Position numbers and translations under genes: made by a program. 64,000 bases of DNA from Chrysomallon squamiferum (taxonomy: Eukaryota; Animalia; Mollusca), in the NCBI GenBank assembly GCA_012295275.1, contig CM022673.1:25482001-25546000 (forward strand), read 5' to 3'. Position 1 is the first letter of the stretch. Every line of letters starts with the position of its first letter. Positions 40,548 through 53,882 of the stretch are shown one piece after another. The notes under the pieces are model-generated. The model saw only the letters and a program-made list of their open reading frames with translations. It did no database searches and was not told the DNA's origin.

Positions 40548-41835
40548 ATCACAATGCTTTCTGATATAAGCTTTTTATTAAATTGACATCCAAATGCAGG
40601 AGACCAAGCTAAAGCATCCTAGTGACAGAAGCTGTAACAATAACACACACTTGAAAACAATGACAGGAATTAGATGATGTGACCTTGCTGAATAACAAAA
40701 CAAAAGTCCTGAACAATCTGTGAGACTGAAAACATTGCAGAGTTTAACAAGTCTTTAATACACACTAATTAGTTATAATTGTTATCTATACACAAAAAAA
40801 AAAAAATAAATTAAATTTAAAATTAAAAATAACAATTACTCATTAATCTGATTGTCAGGTGGTATTGGATACTTCATTTTAAAAATCATTCCAACAGAAT
40901 TTCTTGTTTATTAAAATATTTTTTATTTTTTATATTTATTTTTTTCTTTCAAATTAATAAAAGATAAATTTGCAGCACAGAGTGAAGCTTTTTTTTTGAA
41001 GATCTGTCTCAAAATATTTATTATTAAAATAACTAAAGATTATAAAGCCAAACTGGACGAAGATCTATTGGTCTAGAATGCAACAGTTGAGAAAGGTGAA
41101 AGGAAATTAACTTTTGAAAACGTCATCTCGAATACTTACATCTCTATTCTGAAAGCTTTCCAATAAAAAAAACATTCATCACTTTAAATTTACAAACACA
41201 ACTATATCGCAGTAAAATAATCCCTTGTTCAACTTTACCCAAAGAAGTTCAAATAAATAAAAAAAGAAAAGAAAAGAAAGGAAACAAAAAGCGTGGATGA
41301 AGTCGTACACCAAATAACGACAGAATCAATTTATGAATAAAACGCCTGATGAAAAAAAAAAAACAAATCTTCTCCTGTTCAGTGGACACAAAAAGCAAGT
41401 GATTTAATGGAAGAAGAAGAAGAAAAAAAAAAAATCTTTTCATTTTTGCTAATTAAACTGAAGATGGCCATAACAAGCTGGCCAAACACAGCTCATTAGC
41501 GGGAGTATTCCAGCAAATAAAGTCGGCGATGCGTGAAGGATCATTATCAGCCATCTTTTCTTCACAGTCAATCACAGCACGCGCTCTGGGCCACATCAGT
41601 CGATGACGTTTTACAGCCGATGCTAAACAGCGCACCGTTCGTTCACGCTTCAGGAAGCTTTGTTCATCTGTCACCCTTCTATGAATAACATCGGCGATTG
41701 GGAGATAAAAACCCCACTGCCAAACACTGACAATAAGCCCACTCAGAAAAGTGAGAAGTAATCTTTTCTAATGCATTGTATTGCATTAGATCGATTTATA
41801 ATTTATAACTGCATTAAAAGGGATTATTATTATTA

Positions 41836-41866
<31 letters not shown>

Positions 41867-43219
41867 TTTTTCTGTATTTTATGTCTGCTACCCTAACTAG
41901 AATAATAATATTTTCTGTTGTTGTTAGTTTTGACTTCTTTTCAAACAAGAAGTCATGAAATAAAAAATAAAAAATTATAAAAAAAATATATATACCCCCA
42001 AATAAATGTTCAGCCAAGTTTTTATTCTTATAATGGGTAAAAATGAAAGACAAAAATTCAAAGAAAAGCAATCTGATCATGTGATTTCAGTTTTTTAAAT
42101 ATGCATTTCCACCATTCATGAATTAATGAATATACTTGTTACAAATAAATGAATATGTAGAGAACGCACCTGTACTGATTAGTATTATAACAGGTGTCTG
42201 CCAGTTTGTTTCATAAATATTAATAACTTGTCTTTTTCAGTGTAGACATGCCTCATAAATCAGTAATATTTTCATCAATATTTCATATTAGTAGAAAATT
42301 TAGGTGTTTTTTTTTTAGTTTTAATATGTTTCGTAGGATTAGGAGAAGTTTCATTTTTCAGTTGTTAACATACTTCATAATATCAGTAGGAATTTTTGTG
42401 TTTTTGGGGTGGGTTTTTTTTATGATATTAATGTACGTAATAATATTATTAGAAATTTTAACATTTCAAAGTATTAGTAGAAATTTAGTTTTTTAGTGTT
42501 AAAATGTCTTCATAATAGAAATTTTTGCTCTCTTTGCAAACACACACACACACACACACACAAATGTTCTATATTCAGAAAACCAACTTTTAGCCAAAAC
42601 TGTCACCCCCACTAAACAAATGTATTATTATTAAGAAAATTGTTGCCATATAGTTTCAGCCTGGGATAGATTTTTTTAAATAACTCTTTATAACATGTTC
42701 TATACTTCAAAATTATTATTAGTCATTAATTTGCATTTAAAATTATTATTGTTAGAAACCACAGTCAAAATATTTAAATATTTATTACTTCCTTTATTAT
42801 CAAGATAATACAGGAAATATATAACCAGAATCTCAAAGCACTGTCTAGATTTTGCATAGATACTTAAACTATGATAATTTAAATATCTATGTAATTAATT
42901 TCTTTTGGAGGGTGTGGATTTGAGGAATATTCAGATTTCAATTGTTTCAGTTTTATCAAGCATGACAGTTATTTTACATCAAGAGAGGATAAGAACAAAC
43001 ATTAAAGACTAAAACCTGTGTAAGTGTGTGTATGTATGTATGTCTGTAAGTGTGTAAGTATGTATGTATGTATAGTCAGGAGGCAGATAAGACCAGTGAC
43101 AGTCTCTGATGTCTCTCAAAACACTTGAATTGGTTCAAGTGCTCATTATTCTATTTGTGTACACGCTTATAGTTTACACTGTTACAGTAATATCATACAA
43201 CGAATACCAAGTATCTTAT

Positions 43220-43274
<55 letters not shown>

Positions 43275-44869
43275 ACACACACACACACACACATACATAC
43301 ATATTTCTGCGTTTGTTGTTTCATGCATACACACATACATAGGCATATACAAACACATATAATACATACACAGATACAGATACAGTTATATCAAGGCTGT
43401 AAACTTTTCAGTACAATTCAGTTAGTGCAACAAATCCCACAAACATTGTCATCATAAAAATATATCAGTAATACTACTCAATCAAATGAACTCTGTACAA
43501 AGGCTACAACTTTCTTCCTTTTCACAAAAATATATGTTTATAAATAAACTCTAAATAAGGAAGATAAAAATTAATCATATAAATTATTTTAGTACATTTC
43601 TATTTTTTCTCAGCACACTTTAGTAACTAAGTAATATTTTTCTTCAAACACATTTTTCTTTTTAATGTTCTTTGATATCACAAAAAGTGTATCATTAAAA
43701 ACGTTACATGTAATTCAGTTCTAAATGCCATTCGTTTAGAAACAGCAGTTCATAATTAAATTTTTGTCTAAATGAAAAATTCACATCAAAATTCGAAACA
43801 AAATATTCAGTGACATTTTATTGTGATTTTTATATTTCAAATTACTGACATCATCAATTAATGTAACTGGGACAGTAGCGAATTACCTTTTATTATCCTG
43901 ACAAAAAAAAAAAAAAAAAAAAAAAAAATTCAATATTCTATTTATATTCTATTTCTCTTAGAAAAACAATTTAATTTTTTTTTTTTTTAAATTATTTAAT
44001 TCTTTTATCTATCTATCTATCTATCTATCTATATATATATATATATATACACACACACATATCTGAAAATGGAAATACATCACTGTCTAGCTTCAAGTAA
44101 GATCTCACTAACTAATACCAAACCTCTCGAAATGAAAAAGTTTTGAAAACTCCACACATAGATCAGCTAGCGCAATACAAAGCGATACCTTACCATTAAG
44201 AATCCCCTCCATGTGACTGTTTGAGTGAATGAGTGGTAATCCACTAACCCAGCAGATGCTACCTGCCTGTACTGCTTGTCCTCAGCTGACTTACCACTGC
44301 TTGCATAATGTTATCAAAATTCATAAACCTCCATTTACATAACACTTACTTATTCAAGCTTTTAATAGGCCCCATTAAATGAAATAATGGGGAAATTACG
44401 CTGCTATCAGAATATGGGTTTAAGCTCTGTTGTGGTGGCAGGAATTTGTAAGAACCCGATGAATGAAAGAAACTGTGAAAGTGTTACAAAGAAATTATCA
44501 CCTTGGTATTTTATAAATATACATATATAGATAGATATATATATGTATATATATCTATATATACATATATAGATATATATACTGACGAAAATAGTTACCT
44601 TGTTCCATACAATTTATTTGCTTCATAATGTGATGTATTTTTTTAACAACATGTTTTATATATATATATATATTATAATAATTAATGCTTGTGTGAATAT
44701 ATATATTTTGTATGATGTTTTCACAGAATTGTATTTATGAATGTACCACAGATAATGTAGTTATATATATAAAGACAAAAATAGTTATCATTGTTAATAG
44801 TTTATTTGACATATGTGAAGGATTTTTTAAGAACATGTTTTAAAACTAATACAATATTATAATAATTAA

Positions 44870-45370
44870 TGCTTTCAGAATAAAACCCTGTAATAATAAT
44901 TGTGTTTAGTAGGAATAATTTTTTGAAACACTAATAATTAAAATGTTCTTTAGGAAAAAACTTTCAGAATATGAAACACTGTAATAACTAATAGTGTGTT
45001 AAATATGAATAACTTTCAGAATATGAAACACTGTAATAACTAATAATGTGTTTAGTAGGAATAATTTTCAGAATATAAAACACTGTAATAACTAATAATG
45101 TGTTTAGTAGGAAAAACTTTGAATGTGTTTATGAAAAACTTTCAGAAATGAAACACTGTAATAACTAATAGTGTGTTAAATATGAATAACTTTCAGAATA
45201 AAACACTGTAATAACTAATGTCATTTAATAGGAGTAACTGTCAGAATATAAAACACTGTAATAACTAATGTGTTAAAAAGGCTTTCAGAATATAAAAACT
45301 ATAACTAATAATGTGTTTAGTGGAAATAACTTTGAGAATATGAAACTGTAATAACTATAATGTGTTTTAC
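44870..45370. repeat. Minisatellite, ~52 bp unit
   Basis: ctttcagaatatgaaacactgtaataactaata at 44961, 45013 and onward. Confidence 0.9.
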
Positions 45371-45682
45371 AAGAATAACACTACATAATATAATATTTGT
45401 GTTTTTTAAAAATTACTTTCTTCACATGCTAACAACTAATGCTGTTTTATGATAATAACTTTCTGAACATATTTAACTGAAGTAATTAATAATATTATTT
45501 ACAGGAGATACTTCCTTATCACAGTAATCACTATTAATGTGGTTTTATAGGAAACACTCTCACACATACCTCAACCTGACAGTTATTAACAGGATGATTA
45601 TAGAATGATTTTACAAGAAAAAATAATAATACAGAACAAAAACAACCATAAGAATTCCCCCCCTCCATCCAAAACACTCATG

Positions 45683-45716
<34 letters not shown>

Positions 45717-47657
45717 AAAAAAACACAAAAAGAATAAATGGGAAAAAACAGCAATACATTGCATTATATATCAAAAGAATAATTTGAGGAATTGCAATTT
45801 TTTTTTTTCGCTTTACATGTTTTTTCTTTTTCTTTCTTTCTTCCTTTATTTATTATATATTTCTTTAAAAAAAAAAAAAAAAAAAGTTTCTTTATAAGAA
45901 TGTCTGACACTATATCATAATATCCGTTTCTTGAATACATGAAAAAAAAAAATTGAAAAAAAAAAAAAAATTATTTATATTTTTGAAAAACCAATCTATT
46001 ACAAACGACACCATAAATACATTTCTCAATGTGCTGCAGAGTTCACAAACTGCATAAAATAAGGCTCAAATGCGAGTTTTACGATTTTACTCGGTGCATT
46101 TCGAGTTATCTGATTAAGCTCGTCACCCTAGGCCAGGGTTCAGCGAGGTATTTTGTGTCGATATTCCCAGGCTGATAGCATGTACCTGTCACTCCTCTCA
46201 CTACACAGGTGATCATCACTGGTCCTCGGCCCACTGCAAAGCCCAGTTATCTCCCACGAATTAAACTGTCAAGAGTGCATACATTTGGTGTGTAATTATG
46301 ACAAATTAGGGAGATGTGCATCGGTTTATTTGAACACAAACCCCTGCAGCACCTTCCTGGTTTCTCAGTCAACCTTTAGGCACAAAAAAATAAAAATAAA
46401 ATAAAAATAAAAAAAAAATAAAAATTCAAGAGATCTATACCTGTTCTTCCAAAAAAAAAAAAAAGTGCCTCACCTCTGTCAGCTATCACCCTCTATCAGA
46501 ACATCTCCCCCTCCCCTCCAGCTACAAAACAACAAAGATCCCACACTAAGTCTGCCCTGAGAGGATATTTGCAATCTGTAGTGGTCAGTACTAATGTCCG
46601 GCCTGGAGCAACTGTCCACCCCAGTTTACTGACCAGTCTCCAGGATTCTGTCACTTGGACATAAAGGTGTTACATAAACTCTCTCTCTCTCTCTCTCTCA
46701 GCTTTCTACTTTTATTGCACATTGTGTGGGTAATGTTCTCATGCAAGTCTTTTGTATTCAAAGTATATACAGCCATAGCGTGTTTGAGTAATTAAGAACA
46801 TCAGAAGTAATAAATGAAATGAAATGAAATAAAATGTAATAAAACAAGACAAAACCAAGAACAAAAGAGATAATAAAAAAAAAAAAAATATATAAATAAA
46901 TAAAATAAAATAAAATAAAAAAAATAAAATAAAAAAAAAAAATAAATAAAATAAAATAAAATAAATTAATATATAAATAAGTAATAAATAAACAAATTTA
47001 AAAAAAATAAAAATAAAAATAAAAATTGATTGGATGTAAGATAATTGTATACATATATGTGTATGTACAGTTAAGTGTTAATGTTACATAAAACCAGATA
47101 TAATTCAATAATTTCAAATGATTCTGACTGTGTGTTTGGACAAACAGGTACAACTCATCTGTTTTGATTTACACTGAACTCTGATCTAGAATGACCCATT
47201 ATCTAATGAGCTGCAGGATCATACATCATAAAATCACTAACCCAGCTTTTTTCACGTTCCAACCACTACGAGCTCTGTGGAAGCATACCAAAGACTGTCT
47301 CCATTTTTCTGTCTCAGGGTATTTTACAAATCAATGAAAGCCTGTTGACAACTGGAAGCAGATTTCATTTCTCAAAATATTATATTAAACCAAGAATTTA
47401 GTTGTTTTTTAAAATAATTTTTAAAGTTTAACTGGTAAATCAGTCAACTTAAATGTCAACACAAAACTATGGTAGGTTAGTGAATTAATTTCATAAAATA
47501 TTAACTGCAGTATATTTCTACATCAGTTCTTCTTCAAGTTCCAAAACAAATTTAAGTTTTGAATTGCAGGTTGATCTTCTTGCAGATATTCAGATGTGCA
47601 TTGCATACACACCCAGTAAAGGTTAACGATCTTCTGAGATCACAAAATGTAACAATA

Positions 47658-47972
47658 CAGGTTGAGAATCCTTTATTCAGAATTTTTCGGCCTTGTAGTG
47701 TTTAGGATTTCGGAATATTTGAGATTTTTGGAATATTAGGAGATAGCATGAGAACAGAATTTATCTCTAAATACTAATTCCATTTATTTTTCACATACAA
47801 CTTACACAGATGGTCTGCAAGTTTTTTTAAAATAATATTTTTAATAATTTTCTCCATAAAATATGGTTTGTATAAGCAAGAAAAGTCTAAAAAAAACTGT
47901 AAGATATTATTATTTCAATTTCTCGGAAAAAGTTTCAGATTTCAGAATTTCAGATAAAGGATCCTCAAACTG
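47658..47972. mobile_element. Non-autonomous Tigger/pogo-type (Tc1/mariner) MITE, Tigger4/MER46-like
   Basis: TA flanks at 47656-57 and 47973-74. Left end CAGGTTGAGAATCCTTTATTCAGAA; right end reverse-complements to CAGTTTGAGGATCCTTTATCTGAAA. Subterminal gatttc(a/g)ga repeats; 315 bp with no ORF. Confidence 0.8.
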
Positions 47973-48534
47973 TATAAAGACTTGAACACATCAACGTTGT
48001 TGTTGTTGCTGTTGTTGTTGTTTTATCAAAACTCTTTACAGTAGACTACGTTTGTACACCACCCATTGAACCTGATTTATCTCGTTTACAAAAAGTTTAA
48101 AATAACACTTGAAGAAAAATAATATTATATATACAACTAGATAATAAACATTACAATACAATGAACGACAGTGTAAACATAACCAGTACTCAATGCTCCT
48201 GGTGAAACACTGAGTAAACAGAGCTGGAAATAAAACATTGAGTACTCTTGTCTGATAACCAGTCCTTGTGAGTAAAATATTTAAAATATCAACATAGTAA
48301 ACAAAATAACATGTGCATGCATGCACACACACACACACGCAAACATATATACCAACCTGTTTTTGCAACTTGCTCATAAAACTACTCAGTTTATGCAATT
48401 TGATTTTCATTATTTCATAAAAATACTCTCATTTCAATGTCATTTTAATTGTTATTTCAAAAAAATATATATTAACTTTTTTCATCATTACTTCAATCAT
48501 TTTCAGTTTTACTTTATCTTTACTTCATAAGGAT

Positions 48535-48770
48535 GCTCACTTCTTCAGTCTTTTTTTCGTCAAAATACTCACTTCATTCAATCTAATTTTCATCATTTCA
48601 TTAAAAAAAATACTCACCTTTTCAGTCTTATTTTCACAAAAAATACTCACTTTTCCAGTCTTATTTTTCATCAAAAGTACTCACTTTTCCAGTCTTATTT
48701 TTCATCAAAAATACTCACTTTTCCAGTCTCATTTTTCACAAAAATACTCACTTCTTTTCAATCGGACTTT
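48535..48770. repeat. Minisatellite, ~34 bp unit (aaaatactcacttttccagtcttatttttcatca)
   Basis: About 6-7 copies visible. Confidence 0.85.
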
Positions 48771-49010
48771 CATCAGTTTATTTCCATTCCACACAAGTTT
48801 ATTTTTTTTATTTTTTACGACTCACAAATCGTGTTGCTCACTAACATCAGTGTGAGTTCTCTCTCTCACTCACGCCTTTCTCGTCAGCCCTGTTTCTGTT
48901 GTCGCCTGACAAGCCGCAATCACTGAGACAGTCGCAACACCACAGCAGTGTCACAGGGAAAAACGAGCCATTTGAGAAGGGCATGTAATGATGCTCATTA
49001 AGAAAAAGAT

Positions 49011-49046
<36 letters not shown>

Positions 49047-51194
49047 GTGGGCCCCTCACCTTCACTGATACCCCTGTACAAGCTGCACACTCCGCCTCAT
49101 TAGAATCACAGCTTCATTAGGCAGCATTTCACTGCAGCTGAAACTCAGGAATCAGAAGGAGGAAATTAGAAGCATTTGATGGCAGCTTGACTTTTCCAGC
49201 TCGCTTTCCACATCGTTTCCTTCCCCAGGACAGGATGCGAGAATCGGTGGGAATTCCGCAAAGAAATTATCAAATTGCCATTCTCGGTTTAAATGAGAGA
49301 AGTCTCAAGACTGATTGCTCTGAATGAGCAGTGAGTGATCTGTGATCGGAGCAGTCCGTGGAGAGTGATGTGACGTTGTGATACCTTTTGTTTGAAGTTT
49401 TACTGTCTTTTGTAAACCTCATCTTTCTCTGTTAAAACTGAAAGCACCTTCTCACAACATTCCGACAGTAATGAATATTATAAATATTGACATCGTTTTC
49501 AGAATTTTCATATTGTTGGATTGTGTCTGAGTTTGAGTGTTATATATGATGTATATATGTTTCATTTGAAAATAGGAAATGCCATTAGTCTTCAAATGTG
49601 TTATTTGTACCAATGCTAGCAAAAAGTTAAAATGAGTAAATGGTTTGTAAAAAAAGTTCAACAGGTAAACTGAATTCACAACTGAAGTATTGACAGCACC
49701 TGAATGAAACATTTCATTATGCAAAAACTAACTAGAAAAACCAGATATTCTAGATATAAGATATTATGTTAGAATTTTGAAAAATATCATATTTATAATG
49801 TGATGGAATAATGGACACATAGTAAAACAATGATGATTATTTGAACAAACACGTTCCAACAGAAACCATTGGTTTTGTCTAAAAGCACACAATTAACAAA
49901 AACCAGTTTTTTTTTCCTCTGTATTTATTGTAACATTGTTTTAATTTCATGCCTCAGTGACTCTGATTAGAACAAATATAATCAGCTGTTAAATATTTCT
50001 TAATGCAACAATCACATTTTAGAAATTATTACATTTTTTTAATAAGATAAATTTACCTGTTTTTTTGTTCTACGTTTTCAAAAATAACACAAGCATTTAA
50101 TTAACTAGTTTTCCAAATCATTAAATACTGCATATTACTTAATATCTTCTTACTCGTAATGATTAAAAATTACAAAATATTTACTAACAACGACAGTATT
50201 TAATAAGCCAAATTTATCTTCTTATTTATAATAATTAAAAATTAATACAATATTTTAATAAAGGGAGAGATTTAAAAAAAAAAAAAAAAAATTCTCTTTT
50301 TTTTTTTACTCCTTTTATAGCATTAAAAATATAAACTACTTAATAAGCTGGATTCAGTGTTGATAAAAAAAACAGTACACAATTTTAATAAACTTTTTTT
50401 AAAAACTTTTTTTCACTTTTTTCTTGCTGTAGACTTGAACAGATGATGTCTGTTTTAACAGTACGATGTCAGATTCTTGTCAAATCGGCTCTTCTGTCTG
50501 ACAAACCAAGTCTTTCCTTTCGCTGGTCAGCAAGGGTGATTAACAAACAGTCATAACCTCTGCTTTTATCCGATCTATCACCCTACTGCATGACTAATTA
50601 GTCGCTGTGCGATGAGATGAAAATAGCCGACTCCTCTTCCCACAGGCTTAATTTGCTAACAAACCAACGTGATGGGTGGGCCAGCAGAAGATAACCACCT
50701 GACTCACCAGTTTAAAAAACATAAAAACAATGTCTGAGACTTTTTATATATACCTGTGTGTGTGTGTGTGTTTTTATATATATATATGCATCTAAATATT
50801 ATGTATTTGTTACCATAATCATAAAAAAGAAAGTTTGAAAAGTGTACTGTTTTTCTTAATTAATGAGAAAAAAAAATATCTGACTTGCATTTGAAATGTA
50901 ACTAGAATGTTTGACATATTTATATATATAAATATATTTTTACAGATAAGCTGGTACATTCACAAAAAAAGAAGGAAAGTTTATTATCATTTTTCCTAGT
51001 TAGCTTTCACAAATGCAGGGGGAAATCACCAAGAATATTCCTTTTTATTATTGAAATGGTACTTTTTGTGTGTTTTTAAATTTATTTAAAATTATTTTTT
51101 TTATCTTGAAAATTGAACCCATCATAATTGTTGAGTTTACTCTCTATTTCTGAAGAGCAGAAATGGGTTCTTTGAAGGAATTCAGTAACTAAAA

Positions 51195-51480
51195 TCCAAA
51201 AGAAAAGTTTTATTTCATGACACCTTTAACTTATTTTAACCTATGGTTATACAACAGTATATACACGGTAAAGGATCTGACATCATATAAGGAGAAAAAC
51301 TATGATACCTATATATAATATCATTTTTATTAGCAGTATTGTACTGGGTTTTCTTAAAGTTATTTCCCACAAACAGGAGAGCACCTACCACAGGTTTTGC
51401 TCATCTTTCTCTGGAGACAGAAATAGAGAATTTAAACTTTCAACCCATCAGACTCAGGCTACATTTTGACTACCAAGCAG
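51195..51480 (-). mobile_element. Decayed SINE-like repeat, same family
   Basis: ttagcag...tttcccacaaacaggagagcacctaccac matches the reverse-oriented core of the other copies. Boundaries approximate. Confidence 0.45.
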
Positions 51481-52533
51481 TGTTACTAATTAAACATAAA
51501 AATAAATAAATAACAAATACTTAACAAATTATAACATGAATGTTTTTCAAAAACTTCAAAATATTTAATCTATAACTCTGACAAACTCAGGTAAACTTTT
51601 TCTCACACTGTTTGGTTGATTTGTCATTGAATATAAAACACAAAGTTTTATTATTTATAAATTCAAAGTTGACACTCTGTTCATTTATTTACAAGTTAAA
51701 ACTAACTGAATTTTGGCTTCGTATAAGTGGTGGTTTATCATAGCAGCAGATAACTGTTTCTAAATAAAAGTTTAAATAAAATAAAAATCAAAAAAAAAAA
51801 AGAAAAATAGATGTGTGTGGATTCATCACCAATTCAGTTTTTAAAATACAAGGTACTGAATAATAATAATAATAATAATTAAACAAACAAACAAACAAAC
51901 AAACAAACAAACAAACAAACAAACAAACAAACATATAATAAATAAATAAATAAATAAATAAATAGATACTGATGTATATTATTATATCAGGAATAACATT
52001 ACTCTGTTTAAAAAACCAGTTTAAACATTGTCTAGGTGAATGATTCAAATAACTGGCTTAATGATTATAAAAGAATAGATTAGTTTCTCTGGGACAATCA
52101 CAAGCTACCTAACTGCATTGTCTGCACCTTTCAGAAGACACATATTCAAACACAATAACAGAAAAAACACAGTCATACATACACACATACACACATAAAC
52201 TTACAAAATAAATTTTTAACAATGTAACAAAAAACAAAACTGTATTTTTCATTATATGAAAAACATCAATAACCTAATTCATTAACTATAACTTGAGTGT
52301 AACAAATAAAACAACATATGGCCTTTAATGTTTGAACTGTTTATAAATTAACTTAAGCACATAAACCAAGGTAATGTTCAGAACACAGTTTACAACTTAC
52401 ACTGGCACCAGAACCATTTACCACCATACATTCTGTTATTTATCAACTAAGTATTAGGCACAGGTAAATATAATTTAATTTCCACGTTTATTCCAGTACT
52501 TATTATATTGTGGACATTGTTAAACAAACTGGA

Positions 52534-52688
52534 ACATTAGTCTACTTGCTGTTCTGTTACATTAGTCTACTTGCTGTTCTGTTACATTAGTCTACTTGCT
52601 GTTCTGTTACATTAGTCTACTTGCTGTTCTGTTACATTAGTCTACTTGCTGTTCTGTTACATTAGTCTACTTGCAGTTCTGTTACATT
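52534..52688. repeat. Minisatellite, 25 bp unit x6 (acattagtctacttgctgttctgtt)
   Basis: Near-perfect tandem copies. Confidence 0.95.
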
Positions 52689-53439
52689 CCTAGAAAGAAG
52701 TATTGTAGAAAAACAGAGAAGTGCTCTTAACGATATTTAAAGTAACGTGTTCAGCATATTTTGATATACGTTATCATATATTAGTAATAAATAATGAAGA
52801 AGCCAGTTTTAATACACATAATGATATTTAATGTATCAGACCAGCATGTTGTGTAAAAGATTATCATACACTAGTAATTAATAATGTAGAAAAATGTTTT
52901 ATTACATATACTAATATTCAATGTTTCATGAGGTGCATGTATTTTGATACCTATGGGATCATAATCTTGCCAGTTAACAGAAACGTGGCCAAAAAATATT
53001 AAAAATTAAAAATTAAAAAATTAAAAATTGCAGAAAAATAACTAGAATATGTATAATTATTCTTACTGTCATTTTAGATATACTTGTTACTATTTTGCCA
53101 AAAATGTAACAACACTATTGTATTATTACAACATATCACTACATTATTACATATTCAAGTATATTTAATATTACTTACAACATATCTATTTTATTTCACA
53201 GGAGGTAGTAAAAATCACATCTAACTATGTTTATCAAGAGGTGGATGTTACAGTTATATGCATCATATACCTTACAGTGTATCTGCACATGGAGAAAGAT
53301 GTCTTAAATATATTTAACAGTTATTTTACATGTAGAAATAAATAATAGAGAAGCATGTCTAAAATATAATTAATGATAATTAAATATAATTATACATATG
53401 ACAGAGGTAAATATATTATACTAGTTAGAAATAACATTT

Positions 53440-53882
53440 ATGTATGCATAGGAACCAGTACTAAAATAATAAAATCTATGAAAACACAAGTATGCATAGA
53501 AACTGTAATATTAAACGGTTTTACACTCTATAAGTAATAAAATCTATGGAACAAATATATGAATAGTAAAACATTTTAACATTTGTATTAGAGATCAAAT
53601 CCAAGGAAAAGTTATTAGTATGCATAGAAATCAAGATGTAAAACATTTTAACATTTTGTTTCAGTGATAAAATCTATGACAACACAAATATGCATAGGAA
53701 CATTTAGTAAAACATTTTAACCCTATATCAGTGATAAAATCTATGGAAAACAAGCATACATAGGAACCAGTACTAAAACATTTTAACCCAGTATCATTGA
53801 TAAAATCTATGGAAAACAAGTATGTACAGGAACCAGTACTAAAACATTTTAACCCTTTATCAGTGAGAAAATCTTTGGAAAG
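53440..53882. repeat. Degenerate minisatellite, ~66 bp unit
   Basis: aggaaccagtactaaaacattttaaccc...gataaaatctatggaaaacaag at 53762 and 53828, with decayed copies to the left. Confidence 0.8.
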
